From assembly GCA_963845565.1 (NCBI GenBank), contig CAWJSJ010000002.1, positions 1 through 64,000 of the forward strand: a stretch of 64,000 bases of DNA, written 5' to 3'. Positions 1-9,092 of this stretch are shown piece after piece. The notes under the pieces were generated by a model that did no database searches, was not told where the DNA came from, and saw nothing but the letters and a program-made list of their open reading frames with translations. The first letter of the stretch is position 1. Each line of letters starts with the position of its first letter. The translations under genes and the position numbers were made by a program. This DNA comes from an uncultured Methylomirabilota bacterium. Lineage in GTDB: Bacteria; Methylomirabilota; Methylomirabilia; Methylomirabilales; 2-02-FULL-66-22.

Positions 1-175
1 CCGAATTTTGGCTTTCGGGTAACCCAGCTTCGGCAAAGGCATAGACTCGGACGGCACAAAGCGGGCGGATTCCGTGGGGTGTGGTTTGCACAACGTGGAT
101 GCCGGGGGAACGGCACTCATGCTCGATCCGGCGTTCAGGGCCGGAGCACCTGTGCCCGCGGTCTCTGGAAGGACG

Positions 176-2118
176 CTAGGCGGGGAGGACTCTCACCGCG
201 GTCGCGTGCATCGCGGCACTCTCGCCGAGGTCGGTGACCCAGGATTCACGGAGCTGATTGACGCCGCTGAGGTCGCCTCGCCAGAGGGCCGGGTTGAGCA
301 GCGCCACGTCGCGGCGGACGGTCGGATCGGCGACCGCGCGGGCCTGGACCTGGCCGACCGCGCTGGAGACCCGGATCCGCTGCCCGTCCGCAAGGCCGAG
401 GCACACGATTGTATCCGGATGCATCGCCACAGTGGCCTCGGGCGGCACGTCCTCCGGCAGAATCTGCGCAGTTCAGCATGCGGAGCGTCTTGGTCGCCAC
501 CAGGTGGAGATCTTCCGCCGGCCTCGGCGCGGGGGGCGCGAACTGGTTGAGGAGCTCGAAGCGGCCCGATGCCGTCGGGAAGCGGCGGTCAGCGAAGGGG
601 ACCTGCGGCGCGAGCGGATTCGGTCGAGGGCGCTCCCGGAGGGCTTCCGCAGTGACACCGTGGGACGCGAGCGGGCCAAGGAGCCGGCGCATCCATGCGG
701 CCGGGGTCCCAGCCAGTTCCGACCCGAAGCCCAGGCGGTCCGCGAGCCCCTGGAAGATGAGGGCATCCGGCCGCGCCTCGCCCTCCGGCGGGACCACGGC
801 CTGCGCCAGGCCGAGCCAGGTGTGGCCGTACGTCGTGACCAGCTCGTCGGTTTCGAGGTAGGTCGTGCAGGGCAGGACCACGTCGGCGAACTCGGCGGTG
901 GCGGTGAGAAACTGCTCGACCACGACGAGGAAGTCCAGCGACTGCAGCGCCGCTTTCACCCGCGAGGAGTCAGGCACAGTGGCAGCCGGGTTCGCGCCGG
1001 CAATCCACCCCACCTTGAGGGCAGGATCGGTGGCACCGAGGATCGCCTCCCCGAGCTGGGGCAGCAGGAGCTGGCGCCCGGCGCTCGGGCCCGCGCGCGT
1101 CCAGCATCGACCAGTCGAAAGGTGGGCGCCGGGAGAACGCGGTGCTGACGCCGCCCCCGGAGACCCCGATATTGCCGGTGAGCGCAGCCAGGGCGTCGAT
1201 GAGCCGGACGCTCGCCCCGCCATGCGGCCAGTAGCTCGGGCCGAGGCCGACTAGCGTGGCGACCGGCTTTGTCCCGGCGTAGCAGTCGGCGATTTCGTCA
1301 ATCTGGTTGACCGACAGATCGGTCGCGGCCGCGACCTCCGAAAGTGTCCGTTCAAAGACCAAGCTTCGGTACGCCTCGAATCCCGCGGTGTGCTTTGCAA
1401 GGAACGCCGTATCCACTGCCTCGCGCTCGAGCAGTCGCCGCGCGACGCCGAGCGCCAAGAGCCCGTCCGTACCGGGGCGAAGCTGGAAATGGCGATCGGC
1501 CTTCTTTGCGGTGGCCGTGGAGACCGGATCGATGACCAGGAGCTTGGCGCCCCGCTTGCGGGCTCCACTGACGAACGCCGCCCAGTGCAGGTGGGTCACC
1601 GCGAGGTTCTTGCCCCAGACCACCACGGCCCGGCTGTTCGCGAGATCCTCCGGCGCGTGCGTGTCGTCGGTGCCGAAGTCGGCGGCCTGCGCCGCTTTGA
1701 GCGCCTCGATGCTCAGACCGCCCCGGGTCAACGTCACGCCGCCCAGCTTCGCCCAGAACAGCTGCGCCAGGACTTTGGCGACCCAGCCGCGCATGCCGGA
1801 GTACTGGACCGCCAGGATGGATTTCGGCCCCCACGTGTCCCGGGCCTGCGCCAGCTTCGCGGCAACGAGATCGAGTGCCTGATCCCACGACAGCCGCTCC
1901 CACCCGCCGGGCGTGCGACGCAGCGGATAGAGGAGACGGGCCGGGTCGTACTGCCGCTTCAGGTAGGCGTTGCCGCGCGCGCAGAGAAACCCCTGCGTCA
2001 CGCCGTGGTCGGGGTCGCCCCGCTGACGGATCACGCGCCCGTCCTCGACCGTGGCGATGATGCTGCACGCGTCCGGGCAGTCGCGCATGCAGATCGTCTT
2101 CACTTCGTGTTGCCCCAT
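176..2118 (-). CDS. Molybdopterin-dependent oxidoreductase (DMSO reductase superfamily, MopB_3-like), split by two frameshifts
   Basis: N-terminal CMRDCPDAC...GFLCARG 4Fe-4S motif, VIDP, RPGTDG; continues in ORF 246..1223 (FLTATAEFADVVLP, PEGEARPD, FPTASGRFE) and ORF 176..448 (dinucleotide-binding C-terminus, GVNQL...TDLG). ATG at 2118 after GAGGAG. Confidence 0.9.
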
Positions 2119-2172
2119 CACCGCACTCCTCGTTCGGGTTCGTCGGCAGCCAATCGAGCCGACGGCACCCAA

Positions 2173-3486
2173 TCACCCAACCACTTCCGGCCCTGCTGCG
2201 GCCACGAGATTGCGGTCCGGTCTTCGGCCCCCCTCCCGCCGAATCCCGAGGGCCAGGCCTGCTCCAAGCAGCGCCAGGCCGCCCGCGAGAAGAAAGGACA
2301 GGGTGTAGTCGCCGAACCACACGTGCAGGATACCGGCCCCATAGGCGGCGATGGCGGCGCCCACTTGATGCGCGAAGAAGATCCAGCCGAAGACGGTGCC
2401 CACGTTTTGTCGGCCGAAGCGATCGGCCGCGAGCGCAGCGGTCGGTGGCACCGTGGAGATCCAGTTCAGGCCATAGAGTACCGCGAAGGCCAGCATCGCC
2501 CCTTGCGTGTGCACGTATGGCAGAAGGAGGAGCGAAACCCCCCGGAACAGGTAGTAGAAGGCCAGGGGCCCTCGCGCGCCGAACCGGTCGCAGATCCAGC
2601 CGGCGGCTATCGTCCCCACGACATCTGCCGCGCCCATGACGCCGAGCGCGCCCGCCATGGCCATCTCGGAGAACCCGTGCTCCGTCCCGTGGGAGATCAG
2701 GTGCGTCTGGATCAGGCCCGAGGTCGTGAGCCCGCAGATCGCGAAGCTCCCCGCCAGGAGCCAGAAGTCCCCCGTCCGGACCGCGACGCGCATGGGATGG
2801 GGATCAGGCGGAGGCGGAGGGCTGCCGGCCAGCGCCCCACTCGCTCCGTAGGGCCCGAGTCCAACGTCGGCCGGCCGGTTGCGGAGGAGCAGCGCCACCA
2901 GGGGAAAGACCAGGACCCCCACGATTCCTGCGATGACCAGGGTGCTCCCCCGCCACCCCCAGCGGAGCGTCAACTGCATGAGCGTCGGTGTGAAGACGAT
3001 CTGTCCGGCGGACGTCGCCGCGCCCAGGATCCCCAGGGCGAGGCCGCGGTGCCGGCTGAACCACCGGTTGGCGACGGCGGACCCCATGACCATGGTAGCT
3101 CCGCCGGAGCCGATCCCAACGACGACGCCCCAGAGCAAGTCCATGTGCCAGGGTTGCGTCATGCCGAGCGTCCCTGCTGCCCCGAGCGCGATCAAGAGGG
3201 TAGCCGCGCTCGCCACTGCCCGGGGGCCCACCCGGTCCATCACGCGCCCCAGCAGCGGACCGGCGAGACCGAAGAGGAGCACATTGATCGAGACGGCCAG
3301 GCCGATTGTCGCCCGGCTCCAGCCGAACTCCGCCTCCAGCGGGCGCATCAGGATGCCCGGCAGCGACCGCACCGCGGCGGCCGTCAAGAGGCACACGAAG
3401 GTCACGGCCAGCACGACCCAGGCGTAGTGCAGGCGCGGGCCGGTCCTTGTCTCCGGAGATTCTACTCCAATGTTTCCGGATGCCAC
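2173..3486 (-). CDS. MFS transporter
   Basis: About 12 hydrophobic segments; GRVMDRVGPR and GWICDRFGAR MFS loop motifs; ANRWFSRHRGLALG. Confidence 0.92.
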   Translation of the reverse strand: MASGNIGVESPETRTGPRLHYAWVVLAVTFVCLLTAAAVRSLPGILMRPLEAEFGWSRATIGLAVSINVLLFGLAGPLLGRVMDRVGPRAVASAATLLIALGAAGTLGMTQPWHMDLLWGVVVGIGSGGATMVMGSAVANRWFSRHRGLALGILGAATSAGQIVFTPTLMQLTLRWGWRGSTLVIAGIVGVLVFPLVALLLRNRPADVGLGPYGASGALAGSPPPPPDPHPMRVAVRTGDFWLLAGSFAICGLTTSGLIQTHLISHGTEHGFSEMAMAGALGVMGAADVVGTIAAGWICDRFGARGPLAFYYLFRGVSLLLLPYVHTQGAMLAFAVLYGLNWISTVPPTAALAADRFGRQNVGTVFGWIFFAHQVGAAIAAYGAGILHVWFGDYTLSFLLAGGLALLGAGLALGIRREGGRRPDRNLVAAAGPEVVG

Positions 3487-3511
3487 TCCACAGACTCCTT
3501 CCGGCGGGCCA

Positions 3512-3970
3512 TCACCGGCGCCGTCCCAGGGCGATCAGCATGTCCAGCTCCTCGCGCAGGATCTTCCAGTGCTCCGCCCCCACCTGCCCGACCACGTGCG
3601 CCTGCGCCCGTTCCCAGCACGGCGTCGCCTTGGCCACCGCCGCGCGCCCCCGGGGCGTCACCGTGACTTCCCGCGAGCGCCGGTCTTCGCCCTCTTGGAT
3701 CCGGATGAGCCCGCCCTGCTGCAGGACCCGCAGATTTCTGGTCAGCGTCGTACGATCCGTCACCGTCGCTTCTGCGAGCTGATTCACGCTCACGGGCTCG
3801 CGCGCGAGCACGTTCTTCAGGAGGCTGTACTGGGTGACCCGGAGACCGGCCGGCCGGAGGTAGGCATCGTACAGCAGGGTCAGCGCGCGTGTGGCCTTGC
3901 GGAAGGCAGCGCAGACGCAGGGCGTCGAGGCGGTCGCTTTTCGTTGGAGAGCCGTGGGTTCCTGCTGCAT
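3512..3970 (-). CDS. MarR-family transcriptional regulator
   Basis: CVCAAFRKATRALTLLYD...GLRVTQYSLL...DRTTLTRNL...EDRRSREVTVTPRG winged-helix pattern. Confidence 0.92.
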   Translation of the reverse strand: MQQEPTALQRKATASTPCVCAAFRKATRALTLLYDAYLRPAGLRVTQYSLLKNVLAREPVSVNQLAEATVTDRTTLTRNLRVLQQGGLIRIQEGEDRRSREVTVTPRGRAAVAKATPCWERAQAHVVGQVGAEHWKILREELDMLIALGRRR

Positions 3971-3976
3971 TTTAGG

Positions 3977-4005
3977 AGTATATACACATATTTCAGTCGC
4001 GTCAA
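3977..4005 (-). promoter_or_regulatory. Sigma70 promoter for the marR operon (leaderless) overlapping a palindromic putative operator
   Basis: Minus strand reads TTGACG-N17-TATACT, then CCTAAA and the ATG; the palindrome GTATATAC overlaps the -10. Confidence 0.75.
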
Positions 4006-4039
4006 CCCCCGCCTCCCACCTTTGATCGGGGACCCGGCC

Positions 4040-4207
4040 GTTGCTGCCTTCATTCTTTAACTGACAAGCAGCCCGCGCTGGCCCCGACCTGCGGTGGCCC
4101 CGCGGAGCACCGTGCGCCGTTCACCAGCGAGCCCAGGTGTTGCCGACGACCCTGGAAGCCCACCGCGTCGACCGATAGGTTTCAGACGGGTTCACGAAGG
4201 CAACACC
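4040..4207. repeat. ~165-bp inverted-repeat (MITE-like) element, family A, copy 1
   Basis: Ends GTTGCTGCCTTCAT / ACGAAGGCAACACC; interior aligns by eye with copies at 5185, 7327 and 10486. Confidence 0.85.
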
Positions 4208-4486
4208 GCGCCCAGCGACCCCCTTCTCGGCGGGCTCGGTTGCTTGACACGGAGTCGTGACGGCGTTACCCTCCATCGAATCTTCCCAATTGGTATGCCT
4301 GGCAGCATACCGGCCGGATTGCGTTGGGCGATGTGCTGGCAGACCGTCATCCTGGTTGTCCTCTGGGTGATGGCCACCGACTGACACAAGAACCTCTCCG
4401 AGTTCCGCGTGCGCCTGTATGCCCTGGAACGCTCGGCGGACACGTGCGCGGGAGCTGGCGGAGGACCGGGAGGCAGCGTAGACCAG

Positions 4487-5170
4487 ATGGAAGCCCTGAC
4501 ACAGATCGCGCCGGCCCTGGACACCGCGGCGTTGCTCGCGCGTGTCCACGTGGTGCCCGATTCGGAAGACGCGGCGGCCTTCACGGCCTTGATTGACCAG
4601 GCCCGAGAGGTCGCGCGACCGAAGGCCCTCTACGCCGAAGCCTTCGTCGAACGGCGCAGTGACGACACCGTCCGGATCGACGGGGTCACCTTCACCAGCC
4701 GGATGCTGCGGCGCAAGCTAGACGTGGTCGAGCGGGTCTTTCCGTACGTCGCGACCTGCGGGCACGAAATGGATGGCGTCGCGTTGCCGGCGGACGATGT
4801 GCTCGTCCAGTTCTGGTGGGACGCCATCAAGGCCGAGCTGCTCGCGGCCGCCCGCGCCCACTTGCTGGCCCATCTCACGGACCGGTTCCGTCTCGGGCAG
4901 ACGGCCCGGATGAGCCCGGGGTCGGGCGATGTCGAGGTCTGGCCGATCGAGCAGCAGCGGCTGTTGTTCGCGCTCCTCGGCGGCGTCACGCCGATCATCG
5001 GCGTGATCCTGACCGAAAGCTGCCTGATGATTCCGAACAAGACCGTCTCCGGCCTCCTGTTCCCGACGAAGGAGGATTTTCAAACCTGCCAGGTCTGTCA
5101 TCGGGACCCCTGCCCCAACCGGAGGGCGCCGTTCGACGCGGCGGTCTGGCAGTCGCTGCGCGAATCCTGA
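4487..5170 (+). CDS. Stand-alone B12-dependent methionine synthase activation-domain-like protein
   Basis: FPYVATCG, MSPGSG..WPIEQQRLLF, IGVILTESCLMIPNKTVSG, C-terminal CQVCHRDPCPNRR; ATG at 4487 after GGAGG. Confidence 0.8.
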   Translation: MEALTQIAPALDTAALLARVHVVPDSEDAAAFTALIDQAREVARPKALYAEAFVERRSDDTVRIDGVTFTSRMLRRKLDVVERVFPYVATCGHEMDGVALPADDVLVQFWWDAIKAELLAAARAHLLAHLTDRFRLGQTARMSPGSGDVEVWPIEQQRLLFALLGGVTPIIGVILTESCLMIPNKTVSGLLFPTKEDFQTCQVCHRDPCPNRRAPFDAAVWQSLRES

Positions 5171-5184
5171 CAGCACGCCCGGCC

Positions 5185-5351
5185 GGTGTGGCCTTCATTC
5201 ATGACTGCCCCTCAGCCCGCGCTAGCTCCGCACTGCGGCGGCCCTCCGGGGCACCGTCCCCCGTTCACCAGCGAGCCCAGGTGTTGCCGGCGAAACTGTA
5301 GGCCCACCGCGTCGTCCGGAAGGTTTCAGATTGGTTCATGAAGGCAACACC
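5185..5351. repeat. Family A element, copy 2
   Basis: Ends GGTGTGGCCTTCAT / ATGAAGGCAACACC (13/14 inverted match); internal GGTGTTGCC at 5280. Confidence 0.88.
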
Positions 5352-5442
5352 GATTATTGCCCGGTAGGTGTGGCGGCCTTACAAATGGGCTATGTCGGAC
5401 GCGGTTCGCCCTCGACGCCCGTCGGGAACCACACCCCCCGGC

Positions 5443-7302
5443 TCATTGCAGCCGTGTGCCGTCCTTGTTAATCAACGACTTGTGTGAATAATCCGCAGCG
5501 GCCGGCTTGAGCAGTTGGCCGCCCTGGGCCCGGATGTAGTCGATGAAGGTCTGGGTGTAGTACAGGCCGGTATTGACCCAGCGGCTCGGGTCCTTGTACA
5601 CCACCCCCATGGCCAGGTAGCCGTCCTTGCCGCTGGCAATGAAATCATTGGTCACCACCACATACCGCTGGCCGGCCTCCAGCGCGCGCCATCGGCCGCT
5701 CGTGCGATCACGCACCTCGAGATTGGCGAATCGCTGTCCCCGCGGTCGGGACAGATCCAGATCCCAGCGCAAGCCCGCCGCATAGGGATGGGAGCCGTTG
5801 GAGCCCAGCACGCCACCGACCGGGTCCAGGTGGTTGGACACGGCATCTTCCAGGACCGCCGTGATCTCGGCCCCCGTCATCTCCATTTCGATCAGCGAGT
5901 TACTGAAGGGCAGCACCTTGTAGGCGGTGTCGTAGCTGATGTCGCCCTGGGGCAGGGCCGTACGCACCCCGCCCGCGTTCTGGATCGAGAACTGAGCCCG
6001 CTTGGCGGCCTGCAGGAACGCCTCGGCCACTACCTGGGCCGTATCGCTACCCCCTGCACCGCATGCCGGCGTCGCGGCACTGCCCGGCACCCGTACGTGG
6101 CATAGAGCCGCCGGTGCGGCACCCAGCTTTTCCCCCAGACTGTTATTGAGCCGCGCCCGAAAACTCTGGATCACGGCCATCGACGGTGCATCCTCGGCCA
6201 CCACACGCACCGCGCTGTCCCCGGCTAGCCGCGCGCTCAAGGCGGCTTGGGTTTCAGCATCCACCGCCACCCACTGCCCCTTGGCGTCGCGACGCGTGAA
6301 GTTGTTGCCGGTGGGCACGGTCACGCGGCCGGCACAGCTGTTGACGCGACCGCGTTCATCAAAGCGTGCGCTGAGCAGACCCACCGCCTTGGTATACTCC
6401 CAGGCCTGGGCCACACAGACCGTATCGCCGTCGGCATTTTTCAGCAGGCTGGGGTAGTCCCCCTCCGTCGCCAGACCGTAGGCCTGCAGCGCCTGGCCGC
6501 CGAGCAGGCTGTGCGAATCGCCCCCGATGACGACATCCACCTCGGGCAATTGCGCTACCACGTGCTTGTCGTTGGCATAGCCCAGGTGGGTGGCCAAGAC
6601 GATGTGTCGGATTCCCCTGTCCCTGAGCGCCTGCACTGCCGCCTTGGCGGCGTCGACCTCGTCCAGGAATTCGGTGCTGTCGAGCGGTCGCGATGAGGCC
6701 ACGGTCTTGCTCTTGATCGTGAGGCCGATGATCCCGACCTCCACGCCGCCGATCCGCTTGATGGCGTATGGCGAGAGGTAGTCCTGCGCCGTCCGGGGGG
6801 CCAGCGGCGTGCCGACGCGTGGTCGCACGTTGGCGGAGACCACCGGCGTCTTGCAGGTCGCGTCGCCGGCATAGAAGTCAAGAAAGGTCTTCAGCCCGGC
6901 ATCGCTGTTGTCGAACTCGTGGTTCCCCAGGGTGAAACTGTCGAAGCAGACCCGGTTCATCACGGCCGCATCCGCTTCGCCCTTGAACAGCGTGAAGAAC
7001 AGGGTGCCGGTGATCGCATCCCCGGCGTGGACCTTGAGCAGATTGGGTTGGGACTCGTAGCTCTTGAACACACTCACCACGCGGGCGAAGCCGCCCACAT
7101 CCACCCGGGTGGGAACTCCGTCGATGCGGAGTTCGACGTCCTTCACCGCCTCCAGGTTGGAGTGGTGGTCGTTAATGTGCGCGATGTGCACCTCCACGGG
7201 CGCGAACTGCGGCGCCGTGGCGGAGTACATGCCCGCACAGCCCACCAAGACAGCGGCTATCGCCGCCAGCAGCGTGATGTGCAGACTCTTCCGTGGCGGC
7301 AT
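5443..7302 (-). CDS. Bifunctional metallophosphatase/5'-nucleotidase (NadN/UshA-like), probable lipoprotein
   Basis: HINDHHS, HAGDAITGT, LGNHEFD, THLG, GGDSHS, QNAGGVR, TNDFIASGKDGY; lipobox LVGC; RBS AGGAGGAG before ATG 7302. Confidence 0.92.
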   Translation of the reverse strand: MPPRKSLHITLLAAIAAVLVGCAGMYSATAPQFAPVEVHIAHINDHHSNLEAVKDVELRIDGVPTRVDVGGFARVVSVFKSYESQPNLLKVHAGDAITGTLFFTLFKGEADAAVMNRVCFDSFTLGNHEFDNSDAGLKTFLDFYAGDATCKTPVVSANVRPRVGTPLAPRTAQDYLSPYAIKRIGGVEVGIIGLTIKSKTVASSRPLDSTEFLDEVDAAKAAVQALRDRGIRHIVLATHLGYANDKHVVAQLPEVDVVIGGDSHSLLGGQALQAYGLATEGDYPSLLKNADGDTVCVAQAWEYTKAVGLLSARFDERGRVNSCAGRVTVPTGNNFTRRDAKGQWVAVDAETQAALSARLAGDSAVRVVAEDAPSMAVIQSFRARLNNSLGEKLGAAPAALCHVRVPGSAATPACGAGGSDTAQVVAEAFLQAAKRAQFSIQNAGGVRTALPQGDISYDTAYKVLPFSNSLIEMEMTGAEITAVLEDAVSNHLDPVGGVLGSNGSHPYAAGLRWDLDLSRPRGQRFANLEVRDRTSGRWRALEAGQRYVVVTNDFIASGKDGYLAMGVVYKDPSRWVNTGLYYTQTFIDYIRAQGGQLLKPAAADYSHKSLINKDGTRLQ

Positions 7303-7326
7303 CTCACTCCTCCTGCTCAATGTGGC

Positions 7327-7490
7327 GATGTTGCCTTCATCAAACGTCCCATCAGCCCGCGCTAGCTCCGCACTGCGGCGGCCCTCCGGGGCACCGGCCG
7401 TCGTTCCCCGGCGACCCCAGCAGTTGCCGGCGATTTTGGAACCCACCGCGTCGACCGCATGGTTGCAGATACGTTCACGAAAGCCACACC
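7327..7490. repeat. Family A element, copy 3
   Basis: Ends GATGTTGCCTTCAT / ACGAAAGCCACACC; the block TCAGCCCGCGCTAGCTCCGCACTGCGGCGGCCCTCCGGGGCACCG is identical to copy 2. Confidence 0.85.
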
Positions 7491-7524
7491 GGGGCCCCCA
7501 TTAGCGACTCGACCACTCACCCCT

Positions 7525-7998
7525 TCAGGACACGAACTTATCCTTCGACTGTTTTCCCGTCAGACTCTCGATACCAATTCGCCACACGCGAATCGCCTCC
7601 AGATCTTCCCGCGTGAACGGCCACTCCCGTCCTGAGTAGTGCCTCATCATCTGATTGAGTCCTGCCGTCTTCTCCGGCAGTTCGGTCAATTCCCGCACCG
7701 TTCCATACCCAATCACGCTCTGAAACGAAAAACTCCACTTGCATGGGTTATCGTCATGCTGGATCAATTGGACGCCGTGTTCGAATTCAAAACAGACCCG
7801 GTCATTGGCGGTCATGAAGTCGATCTTTCGGCCGTCTTTCGCGGTGTGGAAGTAAATCGCCTTGCCATCGTACCCAAAACTCACCGGGAGCACATACGGG
7901 ATGTTGTCTTTCGCCAGTCCCAAGCGGCAGACCTGCGCCTGCTCGATAATCTGCGCCAAGAGTCGTTGATCGGTAATTTCCTTATCCGTTCGCCTCAT
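7525..7998 (-). CDS. Pyridoxamine 5'-phosphate oxidase family flavoprotein (NimA-like)
   Basis: MRRTDKEI, CRLGLA, PYVLPVSFGY, IYFHTAKDGRK, FQSVIGYG, LTGK. Confidence 0.88.
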   Translation of the reverse strand: MRRTDKEITDQRLLAQIIEQAQVCRLGLAKDNIPYVLPVSFGYDGKAIYFHTAKDGRKIDFMTANDRVCFEFEHGVQLIQHDDNPCKWSFSFQSVIGYGTVRELTELPEKTAGLNQMMRHYSGREWPFTREDLEAIRVWRIGIESLTGKQSKDKFVS

Positions 7999-8070
7999 CG
8001 TTCCCTCCGATGTTCGCACCTCGGCGCCCCACCCGCGGGGCGGTTTGTTCCGTCACCATCGTCCACTGTG

Positions 8071-8709
8071 CTAGGCGCTCGTGGCGGAGCCATCCGGGGC
8101 GCGCTTCGTGTACACCAGCCCGCCGGTATAGGCGTACCGGTCTTCTCCTTGAATTTGATCCTTCGGCAACCCGATGATCCGCGCCTGCGGTCGCGGCCCG
8201 ACGCCGTACGCGACGACGATCACGATCTCGTCGGGGCGCGGCGCGTCGGGGATGACGAACTCGAGGGTGTCGAAATGGGACATCAGGCAGGCGGCATCCT
8301 TGTAGTGAATCGGGATATCGATCGCGGTCCCCGCCGCCGCCCGCTTGGCGGTCGAGGGGATGATCGCCTTGCCGCCTCCAATCAGGGCGCGCATGCGGAG
8401 CCCCATCTTGGTATGCAGAATCGCCGCGGCGTGCTCGAGCTCCCCGTCCAGACCGACGATCGCCGCCTTCCCGAAACTCTCCACCGGCGTCCCATCGAGC
8501 GCACGCAGCGCCTCACGGGTCAGGTGATCGCCGAGCTCGTCGCCAAGATCGTACAGGGGCGTGAGATCTCGCACGAATTTCCCGGCATACGGATTTCGGC
8601 ACACCGCTCCCACCGCCACCTTGACGCTTTCACCGCTCGCAACGGGTTCTCCTCCCTCCATTCGAATCCGCTCGATGACGCTGAGAACCTTCCGAATCTC
8701 TGGCTTCAC
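8071..8709 (-). CDS. Amino acid synthesis family protein (DUF1185-like)
   Basis: NPYAG, ESFGKAAIVGLDGELEHAAA, IDIPIHYK, SHFD, DAPRPDEI. Confidence 0.85.
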   Translation of the reverse strand: MKPEIRKVLSVIERIRMEGGEPVASGESVKVAVGAVCRNPYAGKFVRDLTPLYDLGDELGDHLTREALRALDGTPVESFGKAAIVGLDGELEHAAAILHTKMGLRMRALIGGGKAIIPSTAKRAAAGTAIDIPIHYKDAACLMSHFDTLEFVIPDAPRPDEIVIVVAYGVGPRPQARIIGLPKDQIQGEDRYAYTGGLVYTKRAPDGSATSA

Positions 8710-8760
8710 GGCGCGCCTCCTCTCTCTTCCAGGATCGGCTCCGACCTGGAGCTATGAGCT

Positions 8761-9048
8761 TAGTGTGCCGAGTCAGAAGTTCACGAACAATTCCACCGGC
8801 CCTCGGGATCGCCCCTCTCCCGCCTGGGGCCTGCACCCACCCGTTCGGGTGAGTACCCGGAACCGGCCAGCCTTGCTCCGGCGCCGCCGCCCCTGCGGGG
8901 CGCGTCGCGCCGTGGGCGCAGACGTGGTGCAGGTTTCGGGGTCTGGGAGGCCACGGCGTCCCGAAACCGGCTGGCCCGCGGGCCCGGCGGGCGCGGAGCG
9001 ATCCCGAAGGCCTCACTTTGTCGCCGAATTTCTGACTCATCAACACAA
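8761..9048. mobile_element. MITE-like element (family B)
   Basis: Imperfect ~30-bp terminal inverted repeats: TAGTGTGCCGAGTCAGAAGTTCACGAACAA versus the reverse complement of the right end, TTGTGTTGATGAGTCAGAAATTCGGCGACAA; non-coding interior. Confidence 0.65.
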
Positions 9049-9092
9049 GGTGGGGAGCAACAAGATACTCCCCAATACTCAAAGTCACCTGG

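Noticed and set aside
1390..3666. Long antisense ORFs (also 32121-34637, 40897-42969, 46896-48785, 54227-56650)
   Set aside because: These are shadow frames of well-supported genes in high-GC DNA and carry no motifs.
4210..4486. Cobalamin riboswitch upstream of the MetH activation-domain gene
   Set aside because: No B12-box or other conserved core elements could be recognised by eye.
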